Below, piece after piece: positions 1 through 9,571 of a stretch of DNA of 38,894 nt; within the stretch, counting starts at the first letter, position 1, and each line of letters begins with the position of its first letter. Source of the DNA: Thermoplasmatales archaeon (GTDB taxonomy: Archaea; Thermoplasmatota; Thermoplasmata; Thermoplasmatales; GCA-001856825); assembly GCA_014874235.1 (NCBI GenBank), contig JACWAC010000001.1:1-38894 (forward strand). Reading direction: 5' to 3'. Below the pieces are notes generated by a model, which saw only the letters and a program-made list of their open reading frames with translations, was not told the DNA's origin and did not search any database. The translations under genes and the position numbers were made by a program.

Positions 1-265
1 GAGACAGGAATTAAAAAAAACGCAAATCCATTCATTCTCCTATCCTTCCATCTTCTTCAAGAAATTTTCAGATCTTGCTTGGCTCTAGTCTGCGTAGTTC
101 CTCTTCTACCACTACTTCTATTACTGTTAACAACACGCCCCTCAGTCAAGTTGTATAAATGGAACGGTGACCAGAACATAGGTTAGAGCATTAGATGGTT
201 TGACGGTGAGTAATAGAGAAATCAAGATATAATCTAATGGATTATTCATCTGAGAAAGTGAAGAT

Positions 266-988
266 ATGCGTGGTTCAGAAGTCTTTTATCAAAATGAAGT
301 AGGAGCAAGGAAGAAAGCGATTAACGATTTAGAGGAAGACCTAAAGGATTCTATTGTTGCTGGCTATTTTAAACATTCAGATTTAAATAACCAATTCCAG
401 AGGCACATAAGCAACTGTTCAGTTTTGGGTGACTTTGGCAAAGAAATTCCAAAGCCTAAAAATGTAACCGACAGGCAGTTTGCAGCCGCTACTACGGCAA
501 AGAAGAATTGTCATAGATTTGCTGAGCTGCTTAGGACGACAACTGACAAGGTTAATCTTGATGAAAATCTCGGAGATTTCCTTGAACTCTCATTTAGACA
601 AGATATTCCCAAAGAAATCAAATATTACTTACTAGAGGCAAAGAAGTGTTATTTCTTTGAAGCTTATGATGCGAGTATTGTTATGATAGCTAGAGGTATC
701 GAATTTTCGCTGAAAGAATATCTGAAGAATAATAACAAACCAGTGCCTAGACCAGCCGTAATGTCTAGACTAATTGATGCATATACCGCTTCAGTGGGGA
801 AGAACGATGTTCTAAAATACATAAGCGAGGTGCAAAAAATGGACAGAAACATCGCAGCTCATGACTCGGAAACTGAGAGAAAACGCATAACAAAAGCAGA
901 GGCTGATCACTCTTGGACTGCTATAAGGATAATCTTACGTGATTTGCTTAAAATAGTTCTAAAAGTCAGGGTGGAAAAAGAAGCCTAG
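266..988 (+). CDS. DUF4145/HEPN-like domain protein (putative RNase or defence-associated)
   Basis: C-terminal half has the DUF4145-type helix pattern YLLEAKKCYFFEAYDASIVMIARGIEFSLK and an R-x4-H HEPN motif (RNIAAHD). Visibly more AT-rich than the housekeeping genes. Confidence 0.7.
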   Translation: MRGSEVFYQNEVGARKKAINDLEEDLKDSIVAGYFKHSDLNNQFQRHISNCSVLGDFGKEIPKPKNVTDRQFAAATTAKKNCHRFAELLRTTTDKVNLDENLGDFLELSFRQDIPKEIKYYLLEAKKCYFFEAYDASIVMIARGIEFSLKEYLKNNNKPVPRPAVMSRLIDAYTASVGKNDVLKYISEVQKMDRNIAAHDSETERKRITKAEADHSWTAIRIILRDLLKIVLKVRVEKEA

Positions 989-1057
989 AAAGTTTAGGGA
1001 GGATTGAAAGAATGAACGCAGTCAGCACAAATCAAGAGGACTATAGACAAAGATTCA

Positions 1058-1129
1058 TGGACTGGCGGGGATTTGAACCCCGGGCCTCCTCCATGCCAAG
1101 GAGGCGATCTTCCGCTGATCTACCAGCCC
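1058..1129 (-). tRNA. tRNA-Ala(GGC)
   Basis: Reverse complement folds as a cloverleaf: acceptor GGGCTGG/CCAGTCC with the G3:U70 Ala determinant, anticodon arm CCTCC-TTGGCAT-GGAGG, T loop TTCAAAT, discriminator A. No encoded CCA, no intron. Confidence 0.97.
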
Positions 1130-1145
1130 TCGTCGTTAACTTCGT

Positions 1146-1197
1146 GGACCTATAAATTTATTCCTTATCTCATAGACCATATAAATTTATAGCGTCC
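1146..1197. promoter_or_regulatory. Divergent archaeal promoters (TATA boxes) for tRNA-Ala and cyoE
   Basis: TATAAATTTAT at 1151-1161 and at 1180-1190 give TTTATA boxes about 22-27 nt upstream of the tRNA 5' end (minus) and of the ATG at 1213 (plus). Confidence 0.7.
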
Positions 1198-1212
1198 GTT
1201 GTTGTCGTGCTG

Positions 1213-2115
1213 ATGGGAAACTTCGTAAGTGATTTCATCATCATGACGAAGCCAAGAGTCTGGGTTTTCCTCTTGATAACGGGGATTGCTGGAGAAGTTT
1301 TTGCTCTGGGTATTCTAGGGAGTTTAGATCTAATTGGATTTTTCTATGTTGCCCTTTACATCGCCCTCGGGTTGATGGGAGCCGAGTCCTTGTCAAATTA
1401 TTTTGATCTATCCATAGACAAGAAGATGAAGAGGACAATGAACAGGGCACTTCCATCCGGTAAGATGAGTCCTAAGGTTGCCCTCTACGGTGGTTTGATC
1501 TTGATCGTCATCACCCTTATATTAGCAGAGTTCCGTTCATTCTTGTCGTTTGCATTCATGGCTACAGGCATCTTTGACTACACAATCATTTATTCGCTGC
1601 TCACCAAGAAGAAGACTTCTTGGAACATCATACTTGGAGCCTACTCAGGTGGTGCTCCGTTGTTGGCTGGTTTTTATGCTTTCACATCGGCATACAACTT
1701 GGTCTCAATCCTGCTGTTCCTGACAATTTTCATATGGACCCCCCTGCACATCTGGTCGCTATCGATCAAGTACAGGGACGATTATGCCGCTGCTTCAGTT
1801 CCGATGTTACCCGTCAACAGGACAACAAGACAATCGATGGGCATTCTCTTTCCGATCGCTTTACTTGCGGTTGTGGTTACGGTTTTGACTGGATACGCCT
1901 TCAGAGTTTACTTCCCTTTTTATGTCGGACTGATCGTTTTCCTGGTCTACCTTCTTCTTGGCATATCGCTGTTGGTCTCCTACCTTCGAGCCTTGGCACA
2001 ACCAGACAAGCGCATCATGAAACTGTTCGTTTCAACCAACATTTTCATAGGAGTCTTTTTCGTATTTATCGCACTCTTCTCGATACTGATTCCTTTCATC
2101 GGTGTTGCTAAATGA
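1213..2115 (+). CDS. cyoE: Protoheme IX farnesyltransferase (heme O synthase, UbiA family)
   Basis: Motifs TKPR, NYFDLSIDKKMKRTMNRALPSG, KKKTSWNIILGA, WTPLHIWSL, YRDDYAAASVPMLP; multi-pass hydrophobic. ATG 1213 preferred over GTG 1207 from TATA spacing. Confidence 0.93.
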   Translation: MGNFVSDFIIMTKPRVWVFLLITGIAGEVFALGILGSLDLIGFFYVALYIALGLMGAESLSNYFDLSIDKKMKRTMNRALPSGKMSPKVALYGGLILIVITLILAEFRSFLSFAFMATGIFDYTIIYSLLTKKKTSWNIILGAYSGGAPLLAGFYAFTSAYNLVSILLFLTIFIWTPLHIWSLSIKYRDDYAAASVPMLPVNRTTRQSMGILFPIALLAVVVTVLTGYAFRVYFPFYVGLIVFLVYLLLGISLLVSYLRALAQPDKRIMKLFVSTNIFIGVFFVFIALFSILIPFIGVAK

Positions 2116-2810
2116 GGACCTTGCAGTTGTACCTGGAGGATTCCTATCTGAAGGAATTAGATGCAGAGGTCGTTGATGTCAGAGAGGGGGCGATTCTGGA
2201 CAGGACGATTTTCTATGCAGCTTCCGGAGGGCAACCATCGGATTCAGGGACGATGATAGGTGCGGGAACTTACGAAGTCAAGGAAGTGACTAAGCGGGAG
2301 GAAATTATCCATCTGACAGAGCCTCTTCCCTCGGTAGGAGAGAAGGTATTGCTCCAGATAGACTGGGAGAGGAGATACAAGCTTATGCGACAGCACACCT
2401 CCATTCATGTCGTGTCATCAATAGCAATGAAGGAATTTGGAGCGATGATCACAGGGAATCAGATTTATCCCGATTACTCGAGGATAGATTTCAATTTCAG
2501 GGACTGGAACAACAATATCTCGCATTCCCTCCAGGCAAGGGTGAACGAGGAACTCAGGAAGAATCAGGAGGTCTCTGTCATCAAGATGAAAAGGGAAGAG
2601 ATACTGGGGATGCAGGGGGCACTTAAGGTAGACCCGAGACTTCTACCCACTTCGGACATGCTGAGGGTCGTGAAGATTGGTGATGTCGATATGCAGCCGG
2701 ATGGCGGGACCCACGTCAAGAACACTTCTGAAATAGGAGAAATAGAAATTTACAAGATAGAAAACAAGGGGAAGAACAACAAGCGGATGTACTTCTCCGT
2801 TCACAGGTGA
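2112..2810 (+). CDS. alaX: AlaX-M freestanding alanyl-tRNA editing protein
   Basis: LYLEDSYLKE, LDRTIFYAASGGQPSDSG, IDWERRYKLMRQHTSIH (HxxxH) and QPDGGTHV; ATGA overlap with cyoE. Confidence 0.93.
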   Translation: MRTLQLYLEDSYLKELDAEVVDVREGAILDRTIFYAASGGQPSDSGTMIGAGTYEVKEVTKREEIIHLTEPLPSVGEKVLLQIDWERRYKLMRQHTSIHVVSSIAMKEFGAMITGNQIYPDYSRIDFNFRDWNNNISHSLQARVNEELRKNQEVSVIKMKREEILGMQGALKVDPRLLPTSDMLRVVKIGDVDMQPDGGTHVKNTSEIGEIEIYKIENKGKNNKRMYFSVHR

Positions 2811-3904
2811 AACTGTGAGAAGAATCCCTTTTCGTTCTTGAACTGCTCCAGTAGCTCCCTCTGTTTCTTGGATATCTTCTTGGGCAATGACACCTTTGTC
2901 TTCAGTATCAGGTCCGCATTCCCTCTGCCGGTCTTCTTCTGGATTCCTTCACCCTTAAGCACTATTCTCTCTTCCGGTTGCGTGCCGGAAGGAATGTCTA
3001 TTTCTCTCTCTCCCCTCAGCAGGGGAACCTTGATCTTCCCTCCAATGATAGCGTCGGTAAAATCTACCTGTATCTCCTTTTCAAGATCGTCGCCCTCTCT
3101 CGTGAATTCCATGTAATCGATATCGAACTTTATCCTCAGATCACCGGATCCACCGGGCCTGAAATTTCCCTTGTCCCTGAGTATGTATACCTCTTCTTCG
3201 TGTATGCCGGGTGGCGGTGATATCTCTATCCTGTCTTTCTTCCTTGTGTAACCCGATCCCGAACACACGTGACAAGTCTTCTCAGGTATTTTCCCCCTTC
3301 CATTACAGGTCCTGCAGACCTCTGTGGTCCTAAACATTATGAAGCCCTGGTTCGTGGATCTTTCGACATACCCTCTGCCCCTGCACGTCTGGCAGGTCTG
3401 TAGCTTCTTGGTGGCCGAGCCTGTGCCGTTGCATTCCTCACACTTCATCTCCCTGAAGTAGTAGACCTCTATCTTCTCGTTTCTCGCTATTCTCCTGATA
3501 TCGAGGGGTATTTCCACGAACGTGTCGGACCCCCTCGTCTCTCTTTGCTGTGTCTGGAATCCGCCGAAGGGGTTTCCAAATCCTCCTCCCCCGAATCCGA
3601 ACTGGGAAAATATGTCCCCGAATATGTCCTGAATGTCCTGGTAGTGGTGGAACTGATTCCAGTCAAATCCTCCCTGAAATTTCACCCCTTCCTCTCCGTA
3701 CTGATCGAACCTCGCCCTCTTCTGGTCGTCCATGAGCACTTCGTACGCTTCGCTGATGTCCTTGAATTTCTCCTCCGCTTCCTTCTTGTTCTGGGGGTTG
3801 AGATCGGGATGGTACTTTTTTGCCAGGTCCCTGTAAGACTTCTTTATCTGATCCTTTGATGCCTTCTTGTCCACGCCCAGAACTGAGTAATAATCCTTTC
3901 CCAT
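2801..3904 (-). CDS. dnaJ: Chaperone DnaJ
   Basis: J-domain with HPD, G/F-rich linker, four CxxCxGxG repeats, C-terminal domain. Confidence 0.98.
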   Translation of the reverse strand: MGKDYYSVLGVDKKASKDQIKKSYRDLAKKYHPDLNPQNKKEAEEKFKDISEAYEVLMDDQKRARFDQYGEEGVKFQGGFDWNQFHHYQDIQDIFGDIFSQFGFGGGGFGNPFGGFQTQQRETRGSDTFVEIPLDIRRIARNEKIEVYYFREMKCEECNGTGSATKKLQTCQTCRGRGYVERSTNQGFIMFRTTEVCRTCNGRGKIPEKTCHVCSGSGYTRKKDRIEISPPPGIHEEEVYILRDKGNFRPGGSGDLRIKFDIDYMEFTREGDDLEKEIQVDFTDAIIGGKIKVPLLRGEREIDIPSGTQPEERIVLKGEGIQKKTGRGNADLILKTKVSLPKKISKKQRELLEQFKNEKGFFSQFHL

Positions 3905-3917
3905 TCAAATCAGAAGT

Positions 3918-5777
3918 TCATTGTTCTTTATTCTCTTTTTCTTCGTGAATTTCCGTCTCTCCTGGACTAGTTCCTGATGACGTATCGTTCGTTTCCTGAG
4001 CCTGAGGCTGTTCCTCGCTCTTGACGTTCTTGTACATGTGCTCTCCGATTTTCTGGATCTCCTTTGTCAGTATTTCCATCTTCTCCTTTATCGCAGACAG
4101 GTCTTTCTTCTGGATTTCGTCCTTGAGGTCCTTCAGCTTACCATTGACGTCGTCCTTTATCTCCTGTGGAATCTTGTCACCGTAATCGCTGAGGGTTTTT
4201 TCAGTGGAGTAGGCAAGGTTTTCTGCACCGTTGATCGTTTCTATCTCTTCTTTCTTTTTCTTGTCTTCCTCTTCATACTTCTTTGCTTCCTCTTTCATCC
4301 TGTTTATCTCTTCCTTGCTCAACTTTGTGCTCGACGTTATGGTTATGCCGCGCTGCTTGTTGGTTGCCATATCCTTTGCGTTTACGTTCAGTATTCCATT
4401 GGAATCTATGTCGAATGTGACTTCTATCTGTGGCATTCCCCTTGGTGCTGGAGGTATGCCATCGAGCATGAACCTTCCGAGCGATGTGTTGTCTCTAGCC
4501 ATTGGTCTTTCACCCTGGACTATTATAATCTCCACCGCAGTCTGATTGTCGGCCGCAGTTGAGAAGACCTGTGATTTCTTGGTGGGTATTGTAGTGTTAG
4601 CCGTTATCAGAGGAGTGGAAACACCTCCCAGCGTTTCAATGCTCAGAGTAAGAGGAGTCACATCCAGCAGCACTATTCCTTTAACCTCCCCCGCTAGGAC
4701 AGCGCCCTGTATGGATGCACCAATAGCGACACACTCCATCGGGTCGACGCCGCTCTCGACTTTCTTACCCATTATGTCTTCTACGAACTTCCTGACTATA
4801 GGCATCCTGGTTGGACCACCAACTAGAATCACCTTGCTTATGTCAGATGAAGCGAGCTTCGCACCCTTGAGGGCTTCATCGATCGGTCTTCGCGCCCTCT
4901 CGATTGTTGGCCTGACCAGATTCTCCAGATCTGCCCTCGTCATGGATATCTGAAGATGCTTTGGTCCATCAGCCGTACTCGTTATGTATGGAAGGTTGAC
5001 CTCCGTTGATAGTGACGATGACAGTTCAATCTTGGCCTTTTCAGCTGCATCCTTAAGTCTTATGTATGAGTTCTTGTCTTTCCTGAGATCAATTCCGTTC
5101 TCCTGCTGGAATTTTGATGCGAGATGATTGATAATCGCCTCGTCCATGTCGGTTCCACCAAGTTTGGTGTCCCCAGAAGTGGAGAGCACTTCGTACACAC
5201 CAGAGCTGAATTCCATTATAGTGACGTCTAGCGTACCGCCTCCCAGGTCGAACACCATTATTCTGTGTTCTCCTTCCGTCTTATCCAACCCATATGCTAG
5301 TGCAGCTGCAGTAGGCTCGTTGATTATTCTAACAACGTCGAGCCCGGCTATTGCCCCTGCATCTTTTGTTGCCTGCCTCTGATTATCGTTGAAATATGCT
5401 GGCACAGTGATGACCGCCTTGGATATCTTCTCTCCAAGATATTTCTCCGCATCGTCCTTTATTTTTTGAAGCAGAAAACCTGACAGCTGCTGAGGTGTGT
5501 ACTCCTTGCCTCTTGCCTTAAACTTGAAGCTCTCACCCATCCTCCTCTTGAATGCATAGACTGTCCCTTCTGGATTCGTGAGTGCCTGTCTTCTTGCAGG
5601 CTCTCCTATCAGAAGTTCTCCGGTCTTTGTAAAGGCAACATAACTCGGAAATGCCTTCCCTCCAATAGTTGTTCCCTCCGAACTCGGTAGAACCACCGGT
5701 TTACCCGCTATCATTACTGCCGCCTGTGAATTGCTCGTTCCTAAATCTATACCTAAAATTTTCTCCATTTTACTCAC
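3918..5777 (-). CDS. dnaK: Chaperone DnaK (Hsp70)
   Basis: [60 protein letters not shown]. The start may be the second Met. Confidence 0.99.
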   Translation of the reverse strand: MSKMEKILGIDLGTSNSQAAVMIAGKPVVLPSSEGTTIGGKAFPSYVAFTKTGELLIGEPARRQALTNPEGTVYAFKRRMGESFKFKARGKEYTPQQLSGFLLQKIKDDAEKYLGEKISKAVITVPAYFNDNQRQATKDAGAIAGLDVVRIINEPTAAALAYGLDKTEGEHRIMVFDLGGGTLDVTIMEFSSGVYEVLSTSGDTKLGGTDMDEAIINHLASKFQQENGIDLRKDKNSYIRLKDAAEKAKIELSSSLSTEVNLPYITSTADGPKHLQISMTRADLENLVRPTIERARRPIDEALKGAKLASSDISKVILVGGPTRMPIVRKFVEDIMGKKVESGVDPMECVAIGASIQGAVLAGEVKGIVLLDVTPLTLSIETLGGVSTPLITANTTIPTKKSQVFSTAADNQTAVEIIIVQGERPMARDNTSLGRFMLDGIPPAPRGMPQIEVTFDIDSNGILNVNAKDMATNKQRGITITSSTKLSKEEINRMKEEAKKYEEEDKKKKEEIETINGAENLAYSTEKTLSDYGDKIPQEIKDDVNGKLKDLKDEIQKKDLSAIKEKMEILTKEIQKIGEHMYKNVKSEEQPQAQETNDTSSGTSPGETEIHEEKENKEQ

Positions 5778-6252
5778 CTTTGTTGAGAATTACTAATTCT
5801 GGCCTGATTACTCTGTCTCCAATCGCGTACCCCTTCCTTACGATCTTTTTGATGGTATTTGCCTCTCCACCATCTTCGACCCCAATCGCTTCCTGTCTGT
5901 TGGGATCAAACCTGGTACTGTCGTCTATCGCCATCAGTCCTTCCTTCTGCAGTATTCCGTCTATCTGCCTCTTGATGGCCAAAGAACCTTCGTCCCTGAC
6001 ATTGTCCAGGGTGTCTAGTACTGGTAGAAGCTCCTTGATGATTCTTTCGGATGCATAACCCGCAAGTCTGAGAGATTCCTCTCCAGCTCTCTTTTGGAAG
6101 TTATCAAGATCAGCTGAGAATCTAAGATTTTGCTCCCTAAGTTCCTTTATTGTCTGTTCCTTGAGGCTGTTGTTCTCTTCCAGGATTCTCACCTTCTCGG
6201 TACATTCCGAGAGTGATTGCTTAAGAGACCGATAATGGGAGACAGTTGGCAC
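5770..6252 (-). CDS. grpE: Nucleotide exchange factor GrpE
   Basis: Coiled-coil N-terminus, [43 protein letters not shown]; directly upstream of dnaK; TATA at 6273-6280. Confidence 0.96.
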   Translation of the reverse strand: MPTVSHYRSLKQSLSECTEKVRILEENNSLKEQTIKELREQNLRFSADLDNFQKRAGEESLRLAGYASERIIKELLPVLDTLDNVRDEGSLAIKRQIDGILQKEGLMAIDDSTRFDPNRQEAIGVEDGGEANTIKKIVRKGYAIGDRVIRPELVILNKGE

Positions 6253-6344
6253 TTTCCCTAATTTTGCACTTCTATAAATATGTTATCATCCAATGGTTCA
6301 CTACCTAACCTTTGTTGGATTAGGTTCTGATGAGACGTATCAGA

Positions 6345-6899
6345 TCAGGTCTTGTTCTTGGGGTGATTCCCGCCTTGTCTCCTGATCGACATTTTTTCCG
6401 TTGTTATCCAACTCTTTCCCGAGTCCGTGCTACTCTCCGATCTCCACTTGAATGAGTTTTCGCTCAGATCGTAGTATACCCATCTAAGAAGCTTTCTGTT
6501 TGTTTCCTTTGACTCCAGGACAATCGTCTTCCCCCTCTTCTTTCCAACGAAACCCCTTATGGTTTCCTGGCTCGGGGAAAACCACACGCTGTTCCAGATG
6601 TCCAGCTCCGAATCGTAGACGTGTATCGTTGTCCCCCCCGTGTCATCTATTCCATCGCTTACCGATCTCCAGACGTCCTGCAGTGCCGTTCCCTCAAGTA
6701 TCCATCCGGAATGCATTTCTCCCTTGGAGCTCATCCAGGTGCCATCCTCTTGCAGGCTCCTTGCATCGACTATATCCCAGTCTCCAACGAACCGTCCCAA
6801 CTGCATCAGTTTGTTCTTCAGAGGCTTGAAGGGACCGCTTGCGGTGAGGTGTTTTATTTGGGGAGCACCATTATCCCCTATTTTTCTTGTGCCATGCAT
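6345..6899 (-). CDS. Hypothetical protein, DUF1579-like beta-barrel
   Basis: Trp-rich beta pattern: FVGDWD, WILEGTALQDVW, GTTIHVYD, RWVYYDLSENSFKWRSESSTDSGKSW. Confidence 0.65.
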   Translation of the reverse strand: MHGTRKIGDNGAPQIKHLTASGPFKPLKNKLMQLGRFVGDWDIVDARSLQEDGTWMSSKGEMHSGWILEGTALQDVWRSVSDGIDDTGGTTIHVYDSELDIWNSVWFSPSQETIRGFVGKKRGKTIVLESKETNRKLLRWVYYDLSENSFKWRSESSTDSGKSWITTEKMSIRRQGGNHPKNKT

Positions 6900-7076
6900 T
6901 GTATTCTCTACCGAAATCCTTCTATTTCAATATCTTGGTACGACTCTGGAAACAGAGTCGCAAGAGGAGATGCAAAATTTGTTCTGCCACCGGTGAGATA
7001 GCAACCTTTCATGGAAAATCATATATTGTGAACTCGATAACAGTCCTCAATAAATTGATGGAGAAATGAATCGTAG

Positions 7077-7970
7077 ATGAATGAAAAACGAGAGTTTCCT
7101 GCTGCTCAACTTACAAGCCTGGTGTTGTTTGTACTGTCATCAGTCTTCGCCGTATATCTGGCAGATATCGCTCTGCAGGTGAGTCCTTCATCTTCTGCGA
7201 ACAGCCCAACTTCTGGATTTGGATATGTGGCATATTACCTGGTTGCAGCAGTGGTGTTTTCCTTCCTGTTGATCTATCTTTCTAAGAGGTACAAACTGAA
7301 TTTCCTGAAGTGGCTCTTTGTGGCGGTGATAGGTCTGGTCGTGTTCATGGTGTGGAACTATCTGGGCCTTGTTATCGCCAATACTTACGCCGAGTACTAT
7401 GCCATCATTATAGCAGCTCCCGTCGTAATGGTCCTTGCTATGATATTCTTGAACAGGTGGTACGTGGTGAACGTGGCTGGTTTTTTCCTGACTTCGGGAA
7501 TAGCCTTCCTCCTGGGTCTCGTTTTGGGAATATGGGCAGCTGCTGCATTTCTGGCCATCTTTGCGATCTATGATTACATTTCCGTCTACAAGACAAAGCA
7601 CATGATAGGGCTTGCCAAGATTGCAATAGACAGGGACCTGCCTATGCTGTTCGTTTTTCCAACTGATTTCAGGAAAAAATTAGTGAAAATAGAAATGACA
7701 GACGAAGGAATTGCTGAGCACAGTGCGATGGCCCTGGGTTTTGGGGATGTCGCTTTCCCGGGAATAATGGTGGTTGCTTCTGCAATATACGGGATCAAGA
7801 TTGGACACTTCTATCCCTTTTTCATACTGCCGTTGATAGGAGGGATCGTGGGAATGATTTTCCTGGTGCTCGGCAACGTCAAGAAACCGGCGCCTGGTCT
7901 ACCCTTCCTGAACACTGGAGTAATTGCGGGAACGCTTCTGTCTTACCTGATTTTCGTAGTTATATTGTGA
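7077..7970 (+). CDS. Presenilin-family intramembrane aspartyl protease (PSH)
   Basis: Catalytic YD (IYDYISVYKTKHM), GxGD (LGFGD) and PAL-like PGLPFL motifs; about 9 TM segments. Confidence 0.93.
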   Translation: MNEKREFPAAQLTSLVLFVLSSVFAVYLADIALQVSPSSSANSPTSGFGYVAYYLVAAVVFSFLLIYLSKRYKLNFLKWLFVAVIGLVVFMVWNYLGLVIANTYAEYYAIIIAAPVVMVLAMIFLNRWYVVNVAGFFLTSGIAFLLGLVLGIWAAAAFLAIFAIYDYISVYKTKHMIGLAKIAIDRDLPMLFVFPTDFRKKLVKIEMTDEGIAEHSAMALGFGDVAFPGIMVVASAIYGIKIGHFYPFFILPLIGGIVGMIFLVLGNVKKPAPGLPFLNTGVIAGTLLSYLIFVVIL

Positions 7971-8056
7971 TCTCTGGCCACACGTTTCGAATTAGAACTT
8001 CGGAGCAACCTGTGTTGAACAGACTTCCTCTGGTCAGGCCGTCTCTAGAATGTCGT

Positions 8057-9493
8057 CTAAACAGGAGAAGAAGGCATTCTCGCCTTCGCTTCGTTGATCA
8101 TTGAGACTACCGTCCTCTTGAACTCTGGAAATTCCTTCGGTGACTTTGGATAGTTTGCGTATATTCCGTTGAACTCCTTCATTTTGTTGGTGGTCCATAC
8201 GAGGTCTTTGAATGCCCTGAGGGCTCCAACTCCCTTTACGAGCTTGCTGACTTTCTTTGTGAGTGATAGTTCAGGAATTCTTCCGTACGTTATTTCTACA
8301 GCTTCCTCGTAAGTGATGAAGCTCTTCATCCCGTAATCTATGTCCTTGTTGTTCATGGACTGAAGGAACGTCCTGAATATCTCCATCCCGGCCATGCTCT
8401 TACCGTACTGTTTTACATAGTCCACGTTGTAGTTCCAGAGCCCTTCCAGGCTGGCATCTCCAGTTTCCGCAGCGGTTGAAGCTGCCCTTCCCGCAAGCAC
8501 TCCACCTATCAGAGCTGGTCCGATACCTCCGGCGCTGAGGGGGTTTGCGGAGGCCATCGAATCCCCTGCACCTATGTATCCTGGATAGACCATTCCCTCC
8601 ATCTGTCTCCTGACGCTGACGCTCCAGTATCCCTCTCCATTCTTGCTGGAATTATCCAACTTATAGTCACTGAACAGGGGGTTCCACTTCACATATTTCT
8701 CTATGAGTGATTTCAGGTTGTCCGTTGCCCCGAACTTCTTGTTCCTGATCTCGAGGCTCCTGTGCTGGACTCCGAGTCCAACATTCACCCTTCCGCCCGT
8801 CTTGGGGAATACCCAGCCGTACCCTCCAGGAGCCATCTGCTGATTCAGATGGATGAGTGCGTTCTTCTTGTCGTAGTACTTCAGATCGCCGAAGGAGTCG
8901 TCCATCTTGTAGATGAATCTCCCCGTAAGTTCGAGGTCCTCATAATCTATCTCCTTGTCAATGTACTGGTTCTCCGGAAGCTTCCTCCTCAAGAGTGACG
9001 CTATTCCGAGAGCATCGATGGTCACCTTTCCTGTGATCCTTTCTTGCTCTCCCTTCTCGTTCTTTCCATAAACTCCCTTTACAATGTTATCCTCTAATAT
9101 CGGTCCCTCAATGCTGAATTTTCCCTTGAATTCCGCCCCGTTCTTCATTGCCTCATCAAACAGGGCCTTTCCAAATATTGGCCTTTCGAGGCTGTAGCCT
9201 TCTCCATCAAAGGGCAGTTTGTAACCCAGGTCCGGTGATAAGGCTACGACTCCGTCCACTTTTAATCCAAGGGCTTCGTCGCTGAACGTGTTTCCTAGAT
9301 TCTTTTGAACGAATGAAATGTGAGACCTGGCCACAGCATCACCGCAAACCCATCCCCAAACCGTCTTCTTTCCCGGTTCTTCTGCGGAGTTCCTGTCAAC
9401 CAGCAGCACTTTCTTCCCGAGCTTCCCCGCCATAGCTGCAGCTGTAGCCCCTGATACCCCGGCTCCTGCAACTATCACGTCGTAGTCCACCAT
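8057..9493 (-). CDS. Geranylgeranyl reductase family flavoprotein (probable digeranylgeranylglycerophospholipid reductase)
   Basis: DVIVAGAGVSG FAD motif, CGDAV, PGGYGWVFP (YxWxFP), AGDS...NPLSAGGI. Confidence 0.88.
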   Translation of the reverse strand: MVDYDVIVAGAGVSGATAAAMAGKLGKKVLLVDRNSAEEPGKKTVWGWVCGDAVARSHISFVQKNLGNTFSDEALGLKVDGVVALSPDLGYKLPFDGEGYSLERPIFGKALFDEAMKNGAEFKGKFSIEGPILEDNIVKGVYGKNEKGEQERITGKVTIDALGIASLLRRKLPENQYIDKEIDYEDLELTGRFIYKMDDSFGDLKYYDKKNALIHLNQQMAPGGYGWVFPKTGGRVNVGLGVQHRSLEIRNKKFGATDNLKSLIEKYVKWNPLFSDYKLDNSSKNGEGYWSVSVRRQMEGMVYPGYIGAGDSMASANPLSAGGIGPALIGGVLAGRAASTAAETGDASLEGLWNYNVDYVKQYGKSMAGMEIFRTFLQSMNNKDIDYGMKSFITYEEAVEITYGRIPELSLTKKVSKLVKGVGALRAFKDLVWTTNKMKEFNGIYANYPKSPKEFPEFKRTVVSMINEAKARMPSSPV

Positions 9494-9571
9494 GTTGGTG
9501 AAACATCACTTCCTATTAAAAAGGGATGGTAGCCCTTCACAGACAACCTCGCGGTGGATGCTAGGCCTGAA

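Noticed and set aside
1..136. Possible minus-strand gene start at 35 (MNGFAFFLIPV, GGAG upstream) and a short interrupted frame from GTG 136
   Set aside because: Too short and truncated by the window edge; no recognisable family.
6327..6350. CTGATGAG resembling a hammerhead core or C/D-box C motif
   Set aside because: No downstream stem plus GAAA, and no correctly spaced D/D' boxes seen.
7971..8056. Possible ncRNA between the convergent PSH and GGR genes
   Set aside because: No convincing stem structure, promoter or known motif.
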